64,000 nt of DNA from Felis catus (Eukaryota). The notes below the pieces were generated by a model, which was not told where the DNA came from, made no database searches, and saw only the letters and a program-made list of their open reading frames with translations. Made by a program: the position numbers and the translations under genes. The DNA is taken from the NCBI RefSeq assembly GCF_018350175.1, contig NC_058368.1, positions 187,614,001 to 187,678,000 on the forward strand, read 5' to 3'. Shown here piece after piece: positions 52,061 to 64,000 of this stretch (within the stretch, counting starts at the first letter, position 1; every line of letters begins with the position of its first letter).

Positions 52061-53451
52061 CATAAAAACAGACACTCAGATCAATGAAACAGAACAAGGA
52101 ACCCAGAAATGGACCCACAAATGTATGGCCAACTAATCTTTGACAAAGCAGGAAAGAATATCCAATGGAATAAAGACAGTCTCTTCAGCAAGTGTTGCTG
52201 GGAAAATTGGACAGTGACATGCAGAAGAATGAACCTGGACCACTTTCTTACACCACACACAAAAATAAACCCAAAATGGATGAAAGACCTAAATGTAAGA
52301 CAGGAAGCCATCAAAATCCTCGAGGAGAAAGCAGGCAAAAACCTCTTTGACCTTGGCTACAGCAACTTCTTACTCAACACGTCTCCAGAGGCAAGGGAAA
52401 CAAAAGCAAAAATGAACTATTGGGACCTCTCCAAAATAAAAAAGCTTCTGCACAGCAAAGGAAATAATCAGCAAAACTAAAAGGCAACCAACAGAATAGG
52501 AGAAGATATCTGCAAACGACATATCAGATAAATGGTTAGTATCCAAAATCTATAAATAACTTATCAAAATCAACACCCATAAGACAAATAGTCCAGTGAA
52601 GAAATGGGCAAAAGACATGAATAGACACTTCTCCAAAGAAGACATCCAGATGGCCAACCGAAACATGAAAAAATGCTCAATATCACTCATCATCAGGGAA
52701 ATACAAATCAAAACCACAATGAGATACCACCTCACACCTGTCAGAATGGCTAACATGAACAACTCAGGCAACAACAGATGGTGACGAGGATGCAGAGAGA
52801 GAGGATCTCTTTTGCACTGCTGGTGAGAATGCAAACTGGTGCAGCCAGTCTGGAAAACAGTAAGGAGGTTCCTCAAAAAATTAAAAATAGAACTACCCTA
52901 CTACCCAGCAATTGCACTACTAGGTATTTATCCAAGGGCTACAGGCTTGCTGTTTCGAAGGGGCACATGCACCCCCATGTTTATAGCAGCACTATAAACA
53001 ATAGCCAAAGTATGGAAAGAGCCCAAATGTCCATCGATGGATGAATGGATAAAGAAGATGTGGTATATACACAGTGGAGTATTACTCGGCAATCAAAAAG
53101 AATGAGATCTTGCCATTTGCAACTACGTGGATGGAACTAGAGGGCATCATGCTAAGCGAAATTAGTCAGTCAGAGAAAGACAAATATCATATGAGTTCAC
53201 TCACATGAGGGCTTTAAGATACAAAACAGATGAAATAAGGGAAGGGAAGCAAAAATAATATAAAAACAGGGAGGGGAACAAAACACAAGAGACTCTTAAA
53301 TATGGAGAATGAACAGAGGGCTACTGGAGGGGTTGTGGAAGGGGGGATGGGCTAAATGGGTAAGGAGCATTAAGGAATCTACTCCCGAAATCATTGTTGC
53401 ACTATAAGCTAACTAACTTGGATGTAAATTAAATTAATTAATTAAAAAAAA
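52061..53451 (+). mobile_element. 5'-truncated carnivore/felid L1 (ORF2 C-terminal region, 3' UTR, A-tail)
   Basis: ORF2-like peptides YGQLIFDKAGKNIQWNKDSLF and [19 protein letters not shown] with frameshifts; TSD AAGATTGGAGACTGAA 52045-52060 vs AAGATTGGAACCTGAA 53452-53467. Confidence 0.95.
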
Positions 53452-53497
53452 AAGATTGGAACCTGAAAGGATCAAAAATGGAAGACCAATTAAGACA

Positions 53498-53892
53498 CTG
53501 CTGTAGGCTGAATGTTTGTATCTGCTTCCCCTGCCCCCCCCCCCACCGCCCCATTGATATGTTAAAGTCCCAGTCCCCAACGTGATGCCTTTTGGATGTG
53601 GGGCCTTGGGGAAGTAACTGGGTCTATGAATGATGTCATAGAGATAGAGCCCCATGGTGGAACTGGTGCTCTTATAAGAGGATGAAAGAACCAGAGCTTT
53701 CTCTTTCTGCCAGGTGAGGATATAAAAAGAAAACGGCTGTCTAAAAACCAGGAAGAGGACCCTCCTCAAGAACCCAACCATGCTGGTACCTTGGCCTCAG
53801 ACTTCCAGCCTCCAGAACTGTGAAAAATAAATGTCTGCTGTCTGAGTCACCAAGCCTATGGTAATGGTGTTAGAGCAGCCCAAGCTAAGACA
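53498..53892 (+). mobile_element. MLT1A-like MaLR LTR
   Basis: TGCTGTAGGCTGAATGTTTGT..CAGACTTCCAGCCTCCAGAACTGTGA..AATAAATG..AGCAGCCCAAGCTAAGACA. Confidence 0.85.
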
Positions 53893-54381
53893 GAGAGTGT
53901 CGTAATAAGCAGTAAAGGTTTCTTGCAATGAGCTCTGAGCTCACAACCAAATTTCTAGCTCTAAACCTAGAATCATAGAATGCCAGAGCTGGAAGGGAGC
54001 TCAGAGGTCTAACCACGTCTATCCCCCATTGACAGTCAGGGAAGCTATGACCTGAGAGATGTCACCTGCTGATGGTCATGAATCAAGCTAGGGCAGAGGT
54101 TGGCCATCAAGCTGGGAACCCAGGTGCATTTGAGCAGGTATGCCAAAACGTTTTGGAAGCGTATCTCTCAGGAAGGGAAAAGAGGTCTGACTGTATATGT
54201 CCTGTAAGTTATAAAAACCCAGTATAAAATTTAAAGACAGCAGGAAGAATATTTGCAACAAATTCAATAGACGAATTCTTGTTAGTTTTAATACACAGCT
54301 AGCTCTTCCTTTAGCAAAATTCGAGTATGCCAACAGAAAGAGGGATAAAGGACAGTTTGCAGAAAAAATACAAATGACAGA

Positions 54382-55445
54382 GGCACTTAGGTGGCTCCGT
54401 TGGTTGAATGTCTGACTTCAGCTCAGGTCATAATCTCACAGTTCATGGGTTCCAGCCCCGCATTGGGCTCTGAGCAGCTCAGATTCTGTGTCTCCCTCTC
54501 TCTGTCTGCCCCTCCCTGGCTCGTGCTCTGTCTCTCTGAAAAATAAAAATAAACATTAAAAAAAATTTTTTTAAACTTAAAAAAATACAAATGACTGATA
54601 ATCACATTTTTAAATTCCACTCTCATTGGAGAGCAGAGAGATGTGAACTAAAACAATGTATTCCATTTCATAATCAATTTGGGGGAAAATCTAATATATT
54701 CTTCTTTCCTTGTTTTGTTTGATTAATGGTGACTCAGTTTTGGGGAAGGGCCAGGGAAGCAGTCACTTTTTAACGTTGTATTGACAGGAATGTGTTTTGG
54801 TAGACTCTTCCTGGAGGTTAATTTATTATCTATTTCAGAAGCCATAAAACTGTTCATACTCTTTATCACAGCAATTTCACCTCTAGGAATATATCCTCAA
54901 GATACAATTGGAGAAGTATAAACAAAGTATGTTTTTAGAAAAAATTTTTAAGTAGGCTTCCCACCCAGTGTGGGGCTTGAACTCACAACCCTGAGATCAA
55001 GACCTGAGCTGAGATCAAGAGTCAGATGCTTCACTGACTGAGCCACCCAGGTGCCCCTGTTTTTAGGATTTTTACCTCAGTGTTGTTTATAATACACAGA
55101 GAAAAAACAGAAGCAGTGCAAAAGTTACCAATAGCTGTCAGTCATAATCTAAAATATCCAACAATAAAAAACTGGTTAAATAAATATTTATCTGTATGAT
55201 AACATATCATGTAGCCAATACAAATATTTTTGAAAGATGTCTTTTTTAAATATTTATTTATTTTTGATAGGGAAAGAGAGAGGGAGAGTGTGAGTGAGGA
55301 GGGGCAGAGAGAGAGGGACAGAGGATCCCAAGTAAGCCCCGCACTAACAGCAGAGAGCCGGATGCAGGGCTCAAACTCACAAACTGTGAGATCATGACCT
55401 GAGCCAAATTCGGACTCTTAACCAACTGAGCCACCCAGGCACCCC
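54382..55445. mobile_element. Three CAN-SINEs (54382-54580 +, 54943-55057 -, 55242-55445 -) in an old L1 remnant
   Basis: SINE heads and tails; TSDs AAAAAATACAAATGAC and TGAAAGAT; L1-like CAGCAATTTCACCTCTAGGAATATATCC. Confidence 0.8.
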
Positions 55446-56135
55446 TGAAAGATATTTTTAAGGCATCTCGTGAGAAATGCTAACAAGGTAACCTGGGGCA
55501 CAGGAGCAGGTCACAAAACTATGTATACATATGATTACAACTTAATGACGATATGGGAATTTTGCCTCACACCCATTCAGTGCCCTGTACTCACCAGACA
55601 TCGTATCATTTGATCTTCATATAACTCTGTAAAGGAGGTGCTGTTATTATCCCCGTTTTGCCAATAAGGAATTGGGATTAACTGGCTGAGAGCAGCAACT
55701 GTAAAGAAGCGAGGCCAAGAGAAGTCTGAGGCGGTGTCACTCAGAAGCCAGCCTTAACCCAGCCGGCAGGAGGTGGAGCTAGGGTGGGGGGAGGGCAATA
55801 CATCAGAAACATCCCTGGTGAGAAGATTCAGATCTTTGTATGAGTAAATGAGCACTTTCGGTCTTCAGGGGCTCAGAACGAAAATCTTGGAGGTCTTCCT
55901 GATGTCCCTCTTTCACATCCCACATCGGGTCCCTTAGCAGGGCCTCCTAGTAGCCTTAACTTCGAAATATGATCAGAATCTGGCCCCTTCTTACCTCCTC
56001 CAGCACTGCTACCTGGAGCCTCTGATCTGGTTTTCCTTGACCCCCACTGTCTATGTGCCCCCCACCACATGAAGAATGTCACTACGTTGATATCACATGG
56101 CTGCCTGGTTCTGGTAGGAGGGTGGCGTTCAGGAT

Positions 56136-56136
56136 G

Positions 56137-56167
<31 letters not shown>

Positions 56168-56375
56168 CTTAATGTTTTTATTTATTTTTGAGACAGAGGG
56201 AGACAGAGCATGAGCAGGGAAGGGGCAGAGAGAGAGGGAGACACAGAATCCGAAGCAGGCTCCAGGCTCTGAGCCATCAGCACAGAGACCGATGCGGGGC
56301 TCAAACTCACAGACTGTGAGATCATGACCTGAGCCGAAGGCGGACGCTCAGCCAACTGAGCCACCCAGGCGCCCC
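56136..56375 (-). mobile_element. CAN-SINE with (GTTTT)n tail
   Basis: Typical body; CAGGAT flanks. Confidence 0.92.
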
Positions 56376-57426
56376 AGGATCTTAATAATATTTTAATCAC
56401 GCTTTGGAGGAGAGTGATACTTGTGTGATCAAAAACATTTTTAAATAGAAGATGGCCCAGCCCCCTCTCCCACCCCCTAGCCTCAGGGTCCCCAGACGGC
56501 GGCTGCTACCCTAATTCTTGGCCCTTCAGCTCAGGTCTCTGCACACCTGGAAGCTTCAGGAGCACCTCACAGAAGGTGACCTGCTGGCATCCGGCTGCTG
56601 GCAGTCAGGACCTTCCCATCTTGAAGGCCCCACCTGCAGGCCCCAACAAGCTTGTCTGGCTGCTTTTTACTGTCCCGGTCTCAGTTTCCTTCCTGTTCAT
56701 TGTCTGTCGGAGGAGGGGGGTCTGGCAGTCTCAGGGGCTTTGAAGTCGATGGCTGCTTTTATTTCCTCCTGGAGACTGGCTTGTTCTTAGGGTCTTGCTC
56801 CATTGTTCCCCACAGACTCCTAGTCAGTCTGGGAGGCTCCTTACCACACACCTATCCCAGAGTCCACAAACTAGGGCTGATGCTGGGTGTGGCCATGCGG
56901 CAATTTTTTTTTAAGCTAGTGTTTTAAAATTAAGCAGTATCTCAATTTCTTCCTTCTTTTGAAAAATCTAACAGTCTAGCAATAATAGGCCCAAATTCTG
57001 AAGCTGGGACCATCAGAGGGTGTTGAAAGGGCTTCTTGTTCTGGATGTGCCACAGGCTGTTGCTTCACGGCTGTCCTACCACTCTATCCTGCTCCCCTGT
57101 ACCTCCCTGGCACCTGGGCCTTTGACCCTCAAAGAGAGAAATACTTCCCTATCCCTATCTCTTTCAAAGTGGGGGTGGGGCTGGGGCTGGGGGGGGGGGG
57201 GTGTAGACCAGGAGAGCTGTGAGGCTTTTCTTCACCTCAGCAAGCTTGTCTCACTTAAACGTTGTCTTCTGGATCTCATTATGTCCCTGGGTCTGTGCGC
57301 CCCCCACGATTTCATTCCATCTCCTCCTTTGATAGAAGAAACTGAGGCCCACGGAAAGAAGGCTGCTCGCCAAGTCCCCACAGTGAGTTTACACAGTGCT
57401 TGCTTCAGGCTCTAAAGAGCAACACC

Positions 57427-57488
57427 CTAGGAATGTTCTAGCCTGTTGGTTGTTATTCTAGGAAGGTTCTAGCCTGTTGGTTGTTATT
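57427..57488. repeat. 31-bp tandem duplication
   Basis: CTAGGAA(T/G)GTTCTAGCCTGTTGGTTGTTATT at 57427 and 57458. Confidence 0.92.
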
Positions 57489-57554
57489 CTGAAGGGGAAA
57501 CATTAGCGAGTAGTTTGTACTTCCCTGAATGTTTCTTCTTTTCAGTCACAACAT

Positions 57555-57759
57555 CTTTTTTTTTAAGTTTATATTATTTATTTTGACAGAGAGACAGTGG
57601 GGGAGGGGCAGAGAGCGAGAGGGAGAGAGAATGAATCCCAAGCAGTCTCCAAGCTGTGAGCGCAAAGCACAACACGAGGCTGGATCTCGAACTGTGAGAA
57701 CATGACCTGAGCCAAAACCAAGAGTCGAACTCTTAACCGACTGAGCCACCAGGCGCCCC
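57555..57759 (-). mobile_element. CAN-SINE
   Basis: Typical body; GTCACA(A/G)CA flanks. Confidence 0.88.
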
Positions 57760-58176
57760 ACGTCACAGCAGTTTTAGGGAAAGAATAGTTCCTCCTTTGT
57801 ACTAATAGGAACAATAAGGCTCAAAAAGCATACATGTCCACGGTCACACAGCTCTCTCGGTCTCGTATGAAAAATGGGGACAGTAACTCCTTACCAAATG
57901 AAGCCTGAGTCAGGTGATTCCTTCAGGCCCTGTTTGTGCTGCTATCCATACGCCCCTCATTTATAAATTAAATCAGCAAACCTGTATTGAGCACCTCCTT
58001 GAAATCAGGCACTGTGCTTGCTGTCCTCAAGAAGCCCACACTGTGTGAGGGCAAATAGTAATGTTGGGGAGAAAGAGGGAAAACTTTCCCCCACGTGTTG
58101 CCCGTGGAGGGAGAGGGATGAGTTCAGATTAAGAGTGATATGGCACAGAATATCTCGGGGAGGAAACATGAATGGG

Positions 58177-58545
58177 TGTCTTAGTCCATTTGGGGTGCTC
58201 TAACAAAATACCACAGACTGAGCCACTGATAAGCAACAGGAGTACATTTCTCACAAGTTCTGGAGGCTGGGAACCCAAAGATAAAGATGGCATCAGCGTG
58301 GTCACGTTCTGTTGGGGGCCCTCTTCCTGGGTCATGGCCAGCTCCTTCTCGCTGTGTCTTCACACCGTGGAAGGGGCTAGGGATCTCCCTTGGGTCTCTC
58401 TCATAAAGCACAAATCCCACTCATGGGGCTCCACCAACATGACCTAATCACCCCCAAAAACCCCTCACCTCCTGATGCCATCACTGTTGGGTGTTAGGGT
58501 TTCAACATACGAATTTGAGGGAGACACAAACATTCAGACCATAGT
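58177..58545 (-). mobile_element. MLT1A-like MaLR LTR
   Basis: TGTCTTAGTCCATTTGGGGTGCT..CTCACAAGTTCTGGAGGCTGGGAA..TTAGGGTTTCAACATACGAATTTGAGG. Confidence 0.85.
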
Positions 58546-58594
58546 AGTAGGTTTCCTCTGAGTTCGACTTCAGAGGGGACAGAGGTGGGAACTG

Positions 58595-61500
58595 GGTCAG
58601 CTATACAATTTGCAGGGCCCCATGCAAAATGAAAATGGGGGGTCCCCTGTTCAAAAAGCAGAGAAATGTGCTGTTAAAAGCGGTAAAATATAAAGGCTTT
58701 TCTTTTCTTTGTCCATCTCTCAACTTGTCATGGGTTTTCTTAGTTGCTATTTAATTTTCTAAATAAATAAATATTTTAAATATTAACATGAGTTTTACTG
58801 TTCATCTTTATATTGTGCGATGTCACTTTTCTTTTTTTAAAACACAATTTTTTCTTTTTTTGAGAGAAAGAGAGCACGAGTGAGCAAGGGGCAGAGAGAT
58901 AGGGAGGGATAGAGAATTCCATGAGGGGCAGAGAGAAAGAGTGAGAGAGAGGGAGAGAGAAAGAACCCCAACCAGGCTCTGCAGTGTGGAGCCTGAAGTG
59001 GGGCTAGAGCTCACCAGATGTGGGGCTTGAACTCACAAATCATGAGATCACGACCTGAGCCAAGTCGGATGCTTAACTGACTGAGCCACCCAGGCTCCCC
59101 TTAAACATTTTTTTTTTAAGTTTATTTATTTTGAGAGAGAGAGCACAGGTGCAAGCAGGGGAGGGAGAGAGAGAGAGGGAGAGAGAATCCCAAGCAGTGT
59201 CCGTGCTGTCAGCACAGACCCCAACTCAGGACTTGATCTCACAGACCCTGAGATCACGACCCGAGTCAAGATCAAAAGTAGGACGCTTAATTAACTGACT
59301 GAGCCACCCAAGTGCCCTGCAGTGTCACTTTTCAATGGAATAATAAGAGTATTAACTCATATGTAGGATCCCTGAAATTATACAATTGATGTTTCATGGC
59401 TCCTATGTGGATATGTATTTAGTTCATACACTAACAGTAGTAATGCCACAGGTAGTTAACTGCTCTTACTTCACTTCTTTTTCTTTTTTTTTTAAGGTTT
59501 TTTTTTTAATTATTTATTTTGAGAGAGACAGAGACAGTGCAAGCAGTGGAGGGGCAGAGAGAGAGAGGGAGAATCCCAAGCAAGCTCTGCACTGCCAGCA
59601 CAGAGCCAGATGTGGGGCTTGAACCCACGAACTGTGAGAACCCACGAACCTGAGCCGAAACCAAGAGTTGGGCGCTCAACCGACTGAGCCACTGAGGCAG
59701 CCCTTTATTTCACTTGTTTTTGTTTGTTTCTGTTCTTTGTTTTTTTTGTTGTTGTTTTGTTTTCATTTTTTAATAAAAATTGTATATATTTCAGGTGCAC
59801 AACATGATGTTTTAATATTTACATACACCGTGATATGAGGACAGCAAACTACTTAACATATTCATCTCCTCACAGAGTTACCTTTTTTGTTTTTTTAGTG
59901 GTGAGAGCATCTGAGATCTATACTCTTCCCAAAGTTTTAGTACACACTATAGTACTACTGACTATAATCACAGAGCAGTACTTTAGATCTCTAGAATTTA
60001 TCCATCCCACCTAACTGCAACTTTGTACCCTTTGACCAACATCTTCCCATTTTCCCCACCTCCCTGACCCTGTTCTACTCTCTGCTTCTCTGAATTGGAT
60101 TTTTTTAGATTCCACACATAAATGATACCATGTCTTTATTTGTCCTTCTGTAACTGGCTTATTTTACTTTGCATAATGCCCTCCAAGTTTATCCATGTTG
60201 TTGCATACAGCAGGATCTTCTTTTTTAAGCCTCAATAATATTCCAGCGTGTGTATGTATTCACACACTATGATTTCTTTCTTTTCAAACATTTTTTAAGG
60301 TTTATTTTTATTTATTTTGAGAGAGAGAGATAGAAAGCAAGTGGGGGAGGGACAGAGATCCAGGGAAGACAGAATCTCATTCAGGCTCTGCCCTATCAGG
60401 ACAGAGCCCGATGCAGGACTTGAACTCACTAACCATGAGATCATGACCTCAGCCAAAATCAATAGTCAGACACTTAACCAACTGAGCCACCCAGGTGCCT
60501 CTCTTCTTTTCTTTTCTTTTTTAAGTAGGCTCTGCGCCCAGCATGGAGCGTAATGCAGGACTTGAACTCACAACGCTGAGATCAAAACCTGAGCTGATAT
60601 CAAGAGTCAGATGCTTAACCAGCTGAGCCACCCAGGCGCCCCCATATTATTACAATTTCTTTATCCATTCATCCATCCACAAACAGTCAGGTTGTTTCCA
60701 TGTCTTGGCTGTTGTGAATAATGCTGCAATGAACTTCTTGATACGTGCACATCTTATCAATACTCTACCTTTGGCTTGTTGATGAGTAAGGAAGGGCAGA
60801 AAGGAAAAGGACAATGGGTTGCCCCATCCCTTCCTTTTCTTTGGTGTCAAGAAATGTGGTTGCCTAATATAAGGAAGCAACACCAGTAAGGATTTGAGAG
60901 GGATCCTTAGTCATTCATGTTTCTTAAAATGCCATTGCCTTCTGTTATAGGTTGTATCGTGACCCTCCAACACCCAATATGACAGAATGTGACCTTATTT
61001 GGAAATAGGGTCATTCCAGATGTAGTTAAGATGAGACCATACTGGAGTCGGGTGGGCCCTCGATCCTGTATCACTGACCAGTGTCCTTTCAAGAAAACTG
61101 TGAAGGTGGAGGCTGAGAGTGTAGTTATGCAGCTACAGGGCAAGGGACACCACGGATCGATGGCCACCTCCAGAAGCTAGGAAGAGGCAAGGAAGAAGAA
61201 AGGATTCTACCCAGTGTCTCAGAGGGAGCTTGGCCATGCAGACACCTTGATTTCACACTTCTTGTCTCTAGAACTAGAGAGAATAAATTTCTGTTGTTTT
61301 AAGCCACCCAGTTTGTGCACTTTGTTACAGCAGCCCTAGGAAATGGATATACCTTCTTTCTGTGTTCAAACCAAGTTCTAGTTCAAGAGAAAAGCATGGC
61401 CCCTCAGGGTTGTCTCCAGGAACTCCCATGCCTCTTAGGTCCACTGGAATTCTGTGCGCCTGGGACATGGATAACATCAGATGCTAAGGGTGGCAAGGAA

Positions 61501-61685
61501 CAGCAGTCTTGTTGGCTCATGCGCATGTTCCGCTGTCCCCTCAGACTTCATTTACAAACACATCTTCAAAGATAAAATTCTTAAGCATTTCAAGTGGTGA
61601 TGGTAGAGCGTTAAAACAAGCACAAGGCCATTCTGATCACAGGCCTGTGCAACTGCATAGATCACACACCCATGAACGGACCTCC
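58595..61685. mobile_element. MER45-like hAT-Tip100 element fragmented by five SINEs, an L1 3' end (59760-60735, -) and an MLT1 LTR (60943-61350, +)
   Basis: CAGCTATACAATTTGCAGGGCCCCATGCAAAATGAAAATG at the left end and GCAACTGCATAGATCACACACCCATGAA at the right; nested elements recognisable between. Confidence 0.6.
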
Positions 61686-63121
61686 ATTGAGAGGGAGATC
61701 TATTTTTTACTTTTTGATCTCCTACCTTTCTTTTTTTAATTAAAAACAGTGATATGGGCCAGCTTTACAAATGTCCTAGGTTTTGAGTTCTGTTTGCAAA
61801 ATGCTGCCTTTTTATTCTTCCTGCCTGCTTCTCAGACCTAATCTGTAGAGTTGTATCTCAAGAATTTCTAGTTAAGGATCATGAAGGATTTGGCCAACGT
61901 CCTTCTGACTATGTAGAGCACCCAGCTAGAAACAGTTTGAAGGCGTTGGCTTGGTTTCTGGTTAAAGACCAAAGTGGTAAACAAAGCTTATGTCTCAAGG
62001 TTTATGGCCCAGATGGCTTCCTTCTGTTCCCATAAACAGAGCCAGCCTTCATAATTTGGGTCCTAAATGAAGCAATGCAAACCATTAAACCCCAATGGAA
62101 ACACCACTCAAAGTATATACCTCATGAAAAACAGAGTGCTTGAAAAATTTATATCACTGACTCCTCTGCCACTGCAGGGCAGGGTAGTTATGGCAGCAAA
62201 GTTTGGAAACAACCTAAATGTCCAGCAGAAGAAGACCAGCTACATATCTCACGGTGGATCCATTCCCTGGGACATGGGATAACTGTGCAGCTCCACGGCC
62301 ATGGCCATGAAACCAAAAGGAAATAACAAGGTGCAGAGGGATGTATACCATATGCTACCACCCATGTGAGAGGAAAAAGGCATAAATGTCTATGTTATTA
62401 AATGTACAGATCACTTCTGGAAGGAAACATAAGGCACGGGTTATACTTGGGGAGGAGAATGAGGCCTGGGACCAGGGGGAGAACACATACATTTCACCAT
62501 AGTATATATTTGTAAAATGACACCTTGTATCATATGAAAACAAAAAGAGAGAGAGAAAGGGAGGTTAAACTGAGCATGTGATGATATTAGATTGATTTGT
62601 CCTCTGAGGAAGATTGGAAAGGTCAGAGAAGTTTTTTTGCCCTCATTTTATATGTGGGCCAGTTATCAGTAGATAGGATGCTCTTGCCCTAAATCTTTGG
62701 TTTCCAGCCTGTGAGCTTCAGAAATTGGGGGTAGGAGGGGGTTCAGTGGTTCATAGTAAGCACTTGATAAAGGTTTGGTTTTGAATGAATGAATGAAGGA
62801 GTGAACAAATGAATACTTCTTGGCATGGGTGGGGTATAGGGGGTGGAAAAGGGAAGTCAGTTGCACGGTTCCCCTGCTGGCCCCAGAAGAGGCTAAGGGC
62901 ACTGACATCATTTCTACCTGTGGACAGCGATGCACTACCAAAACCATCAGTGCAATGTATTTTTATTCTTCAGAGATACTAGGAAAACAAGAGTCTTTGA
63001 AATGATACACAAAGGACTGCAGACTATGAATGGTTTTTAGAATCTTTTGAAAATCACTCCTGGAGAAAAGCCAACTTTCTGCCTCCCTCTCTCTCTCACT
63101 TGTCAGAACTCCTGATAACTG

Positions 63122-63920
63122 AGGGGTGCCTGGGTGGTTCAGTCAGTTAAGTGTCTGACTCTTGGTTTTGGCTCAGGTCACGATCTCACAGTTTGAGCCC
63201 TTCGTCAGGCTCTGCACTGACAATGTGGAACTTGCTGGAGATCCTCTCTCTCCCTCTCTCTCTGCCCTCCTGCACATGCATGCATGTATGCTCTCTCTCT
63301 CTCTCTCAAATAAATAAATTAATTAATTAAAAAAAAAAAGAACTGCTAACAACTGAGAGCTGAAGTTTTTAGCAAAAGAGAGACTCCAAATTAGTGAATA
63401 ATAAAAACCCTTCGTGTACCCTGCATAGAAATATTATAATACTGCTATGAAAAATAAAGAACAGGGACACCTGGGTGGCTCAGTCGGTTAAGTGTTCAAT
63501 TCTTGCTTTTGGCTCAGGTCATGATCTCACTTTTCTTGAGATCCAGCCCCACATTGGGGTGTCTAACAGTGCGCAGTTTGCTTGGAATTCTCTCTCCCTC
63601 CCTCTCTCTGCTCCTCCCCCCCCTCAAAATAAATAAACAAGTAAACTTAAAAAAATAAAGAACAGCAACAACAACAAAAAGCAAAACAATACTGAGAGTC
63701 ATTTTTTTTTAAAACCTTATTTATTTTTGAGACAGAGAGACTGACAGAGTGAGAGCGGAGGAGGAACAGAGAGAGATGGAGGCAGAGAATCCGAAGCAGG
63801 CTCCAGGCTCTGAGCTGTCAGCACAGAGCCTGACACAGGGCTCAAACTCACGAACTGCAAGCAAGGTCATGATCTGAGCTGAAGTCGGATGCTTAACTGA
63901 CTGAGTCACCCAGGCACCCC
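63122..63920. mobile_element. Three CAN-SINEs (63122-63339 +, 63464-63660 +, 63701-63920 -)
   Basis: Heads and tails; TSD-like AGAACT(C/G)CT and AAAAATAAAGAACAG flanks. Confidence 0.9.
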
Positions 63921-64000
63921 TGTGAGTTGTTATTCAATGGAAGGCCACTCTAGTAATTTTATCATGTGATTTTATTTTAATAACATTTACTTTTTTTCTG

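Noticed and set aside
52109..53044. L1 ORF2-like peptides
   Set aside because: Frameshifted fragments of a 5'-truncated L1; not an active element or domesticated gene

Overview
Mammalian genomic DNA, almost certainly felid: it is dense with carnivore tRNA-derived CAN-SINEs, the youngest resembling the cat SINEC_Fc type. It contains one complete protein-coding gene on the + strand, C1QTNF2 (CTRP2). Exon 1 lies in a CpG island and ends at 6052, followed by a 16.9-kb intron 1. Coding exons 23011-23254 and 27194-27807 splice to a 285-aa signal peptide + collagen + C1q protein. Intron 1 carries an antisense SURF2 processed pseudogene (9253-10260) with a 13-bp TSD and a canonical L1 endonuclease site; a SINE later inserted into it, yet it keeps a 288-codon stop-free frame. 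The rest is mostly transposon-derived (SINEC, L1, L2, MIR, MaLR/ERV LTRs, hAT MITEs), often nested. The most interesting points are the SURF2 retrocopy ORF, a three-frame ATG cluster in exon 1, an unidentified mRNA-like segment just downstream of the gene and a composite SINE insertion. I see no evidence of a wholly new biological system. Gene and repeat identifications rest on recalled sequences, not database searches, and old-repeat boundaries are approximate.
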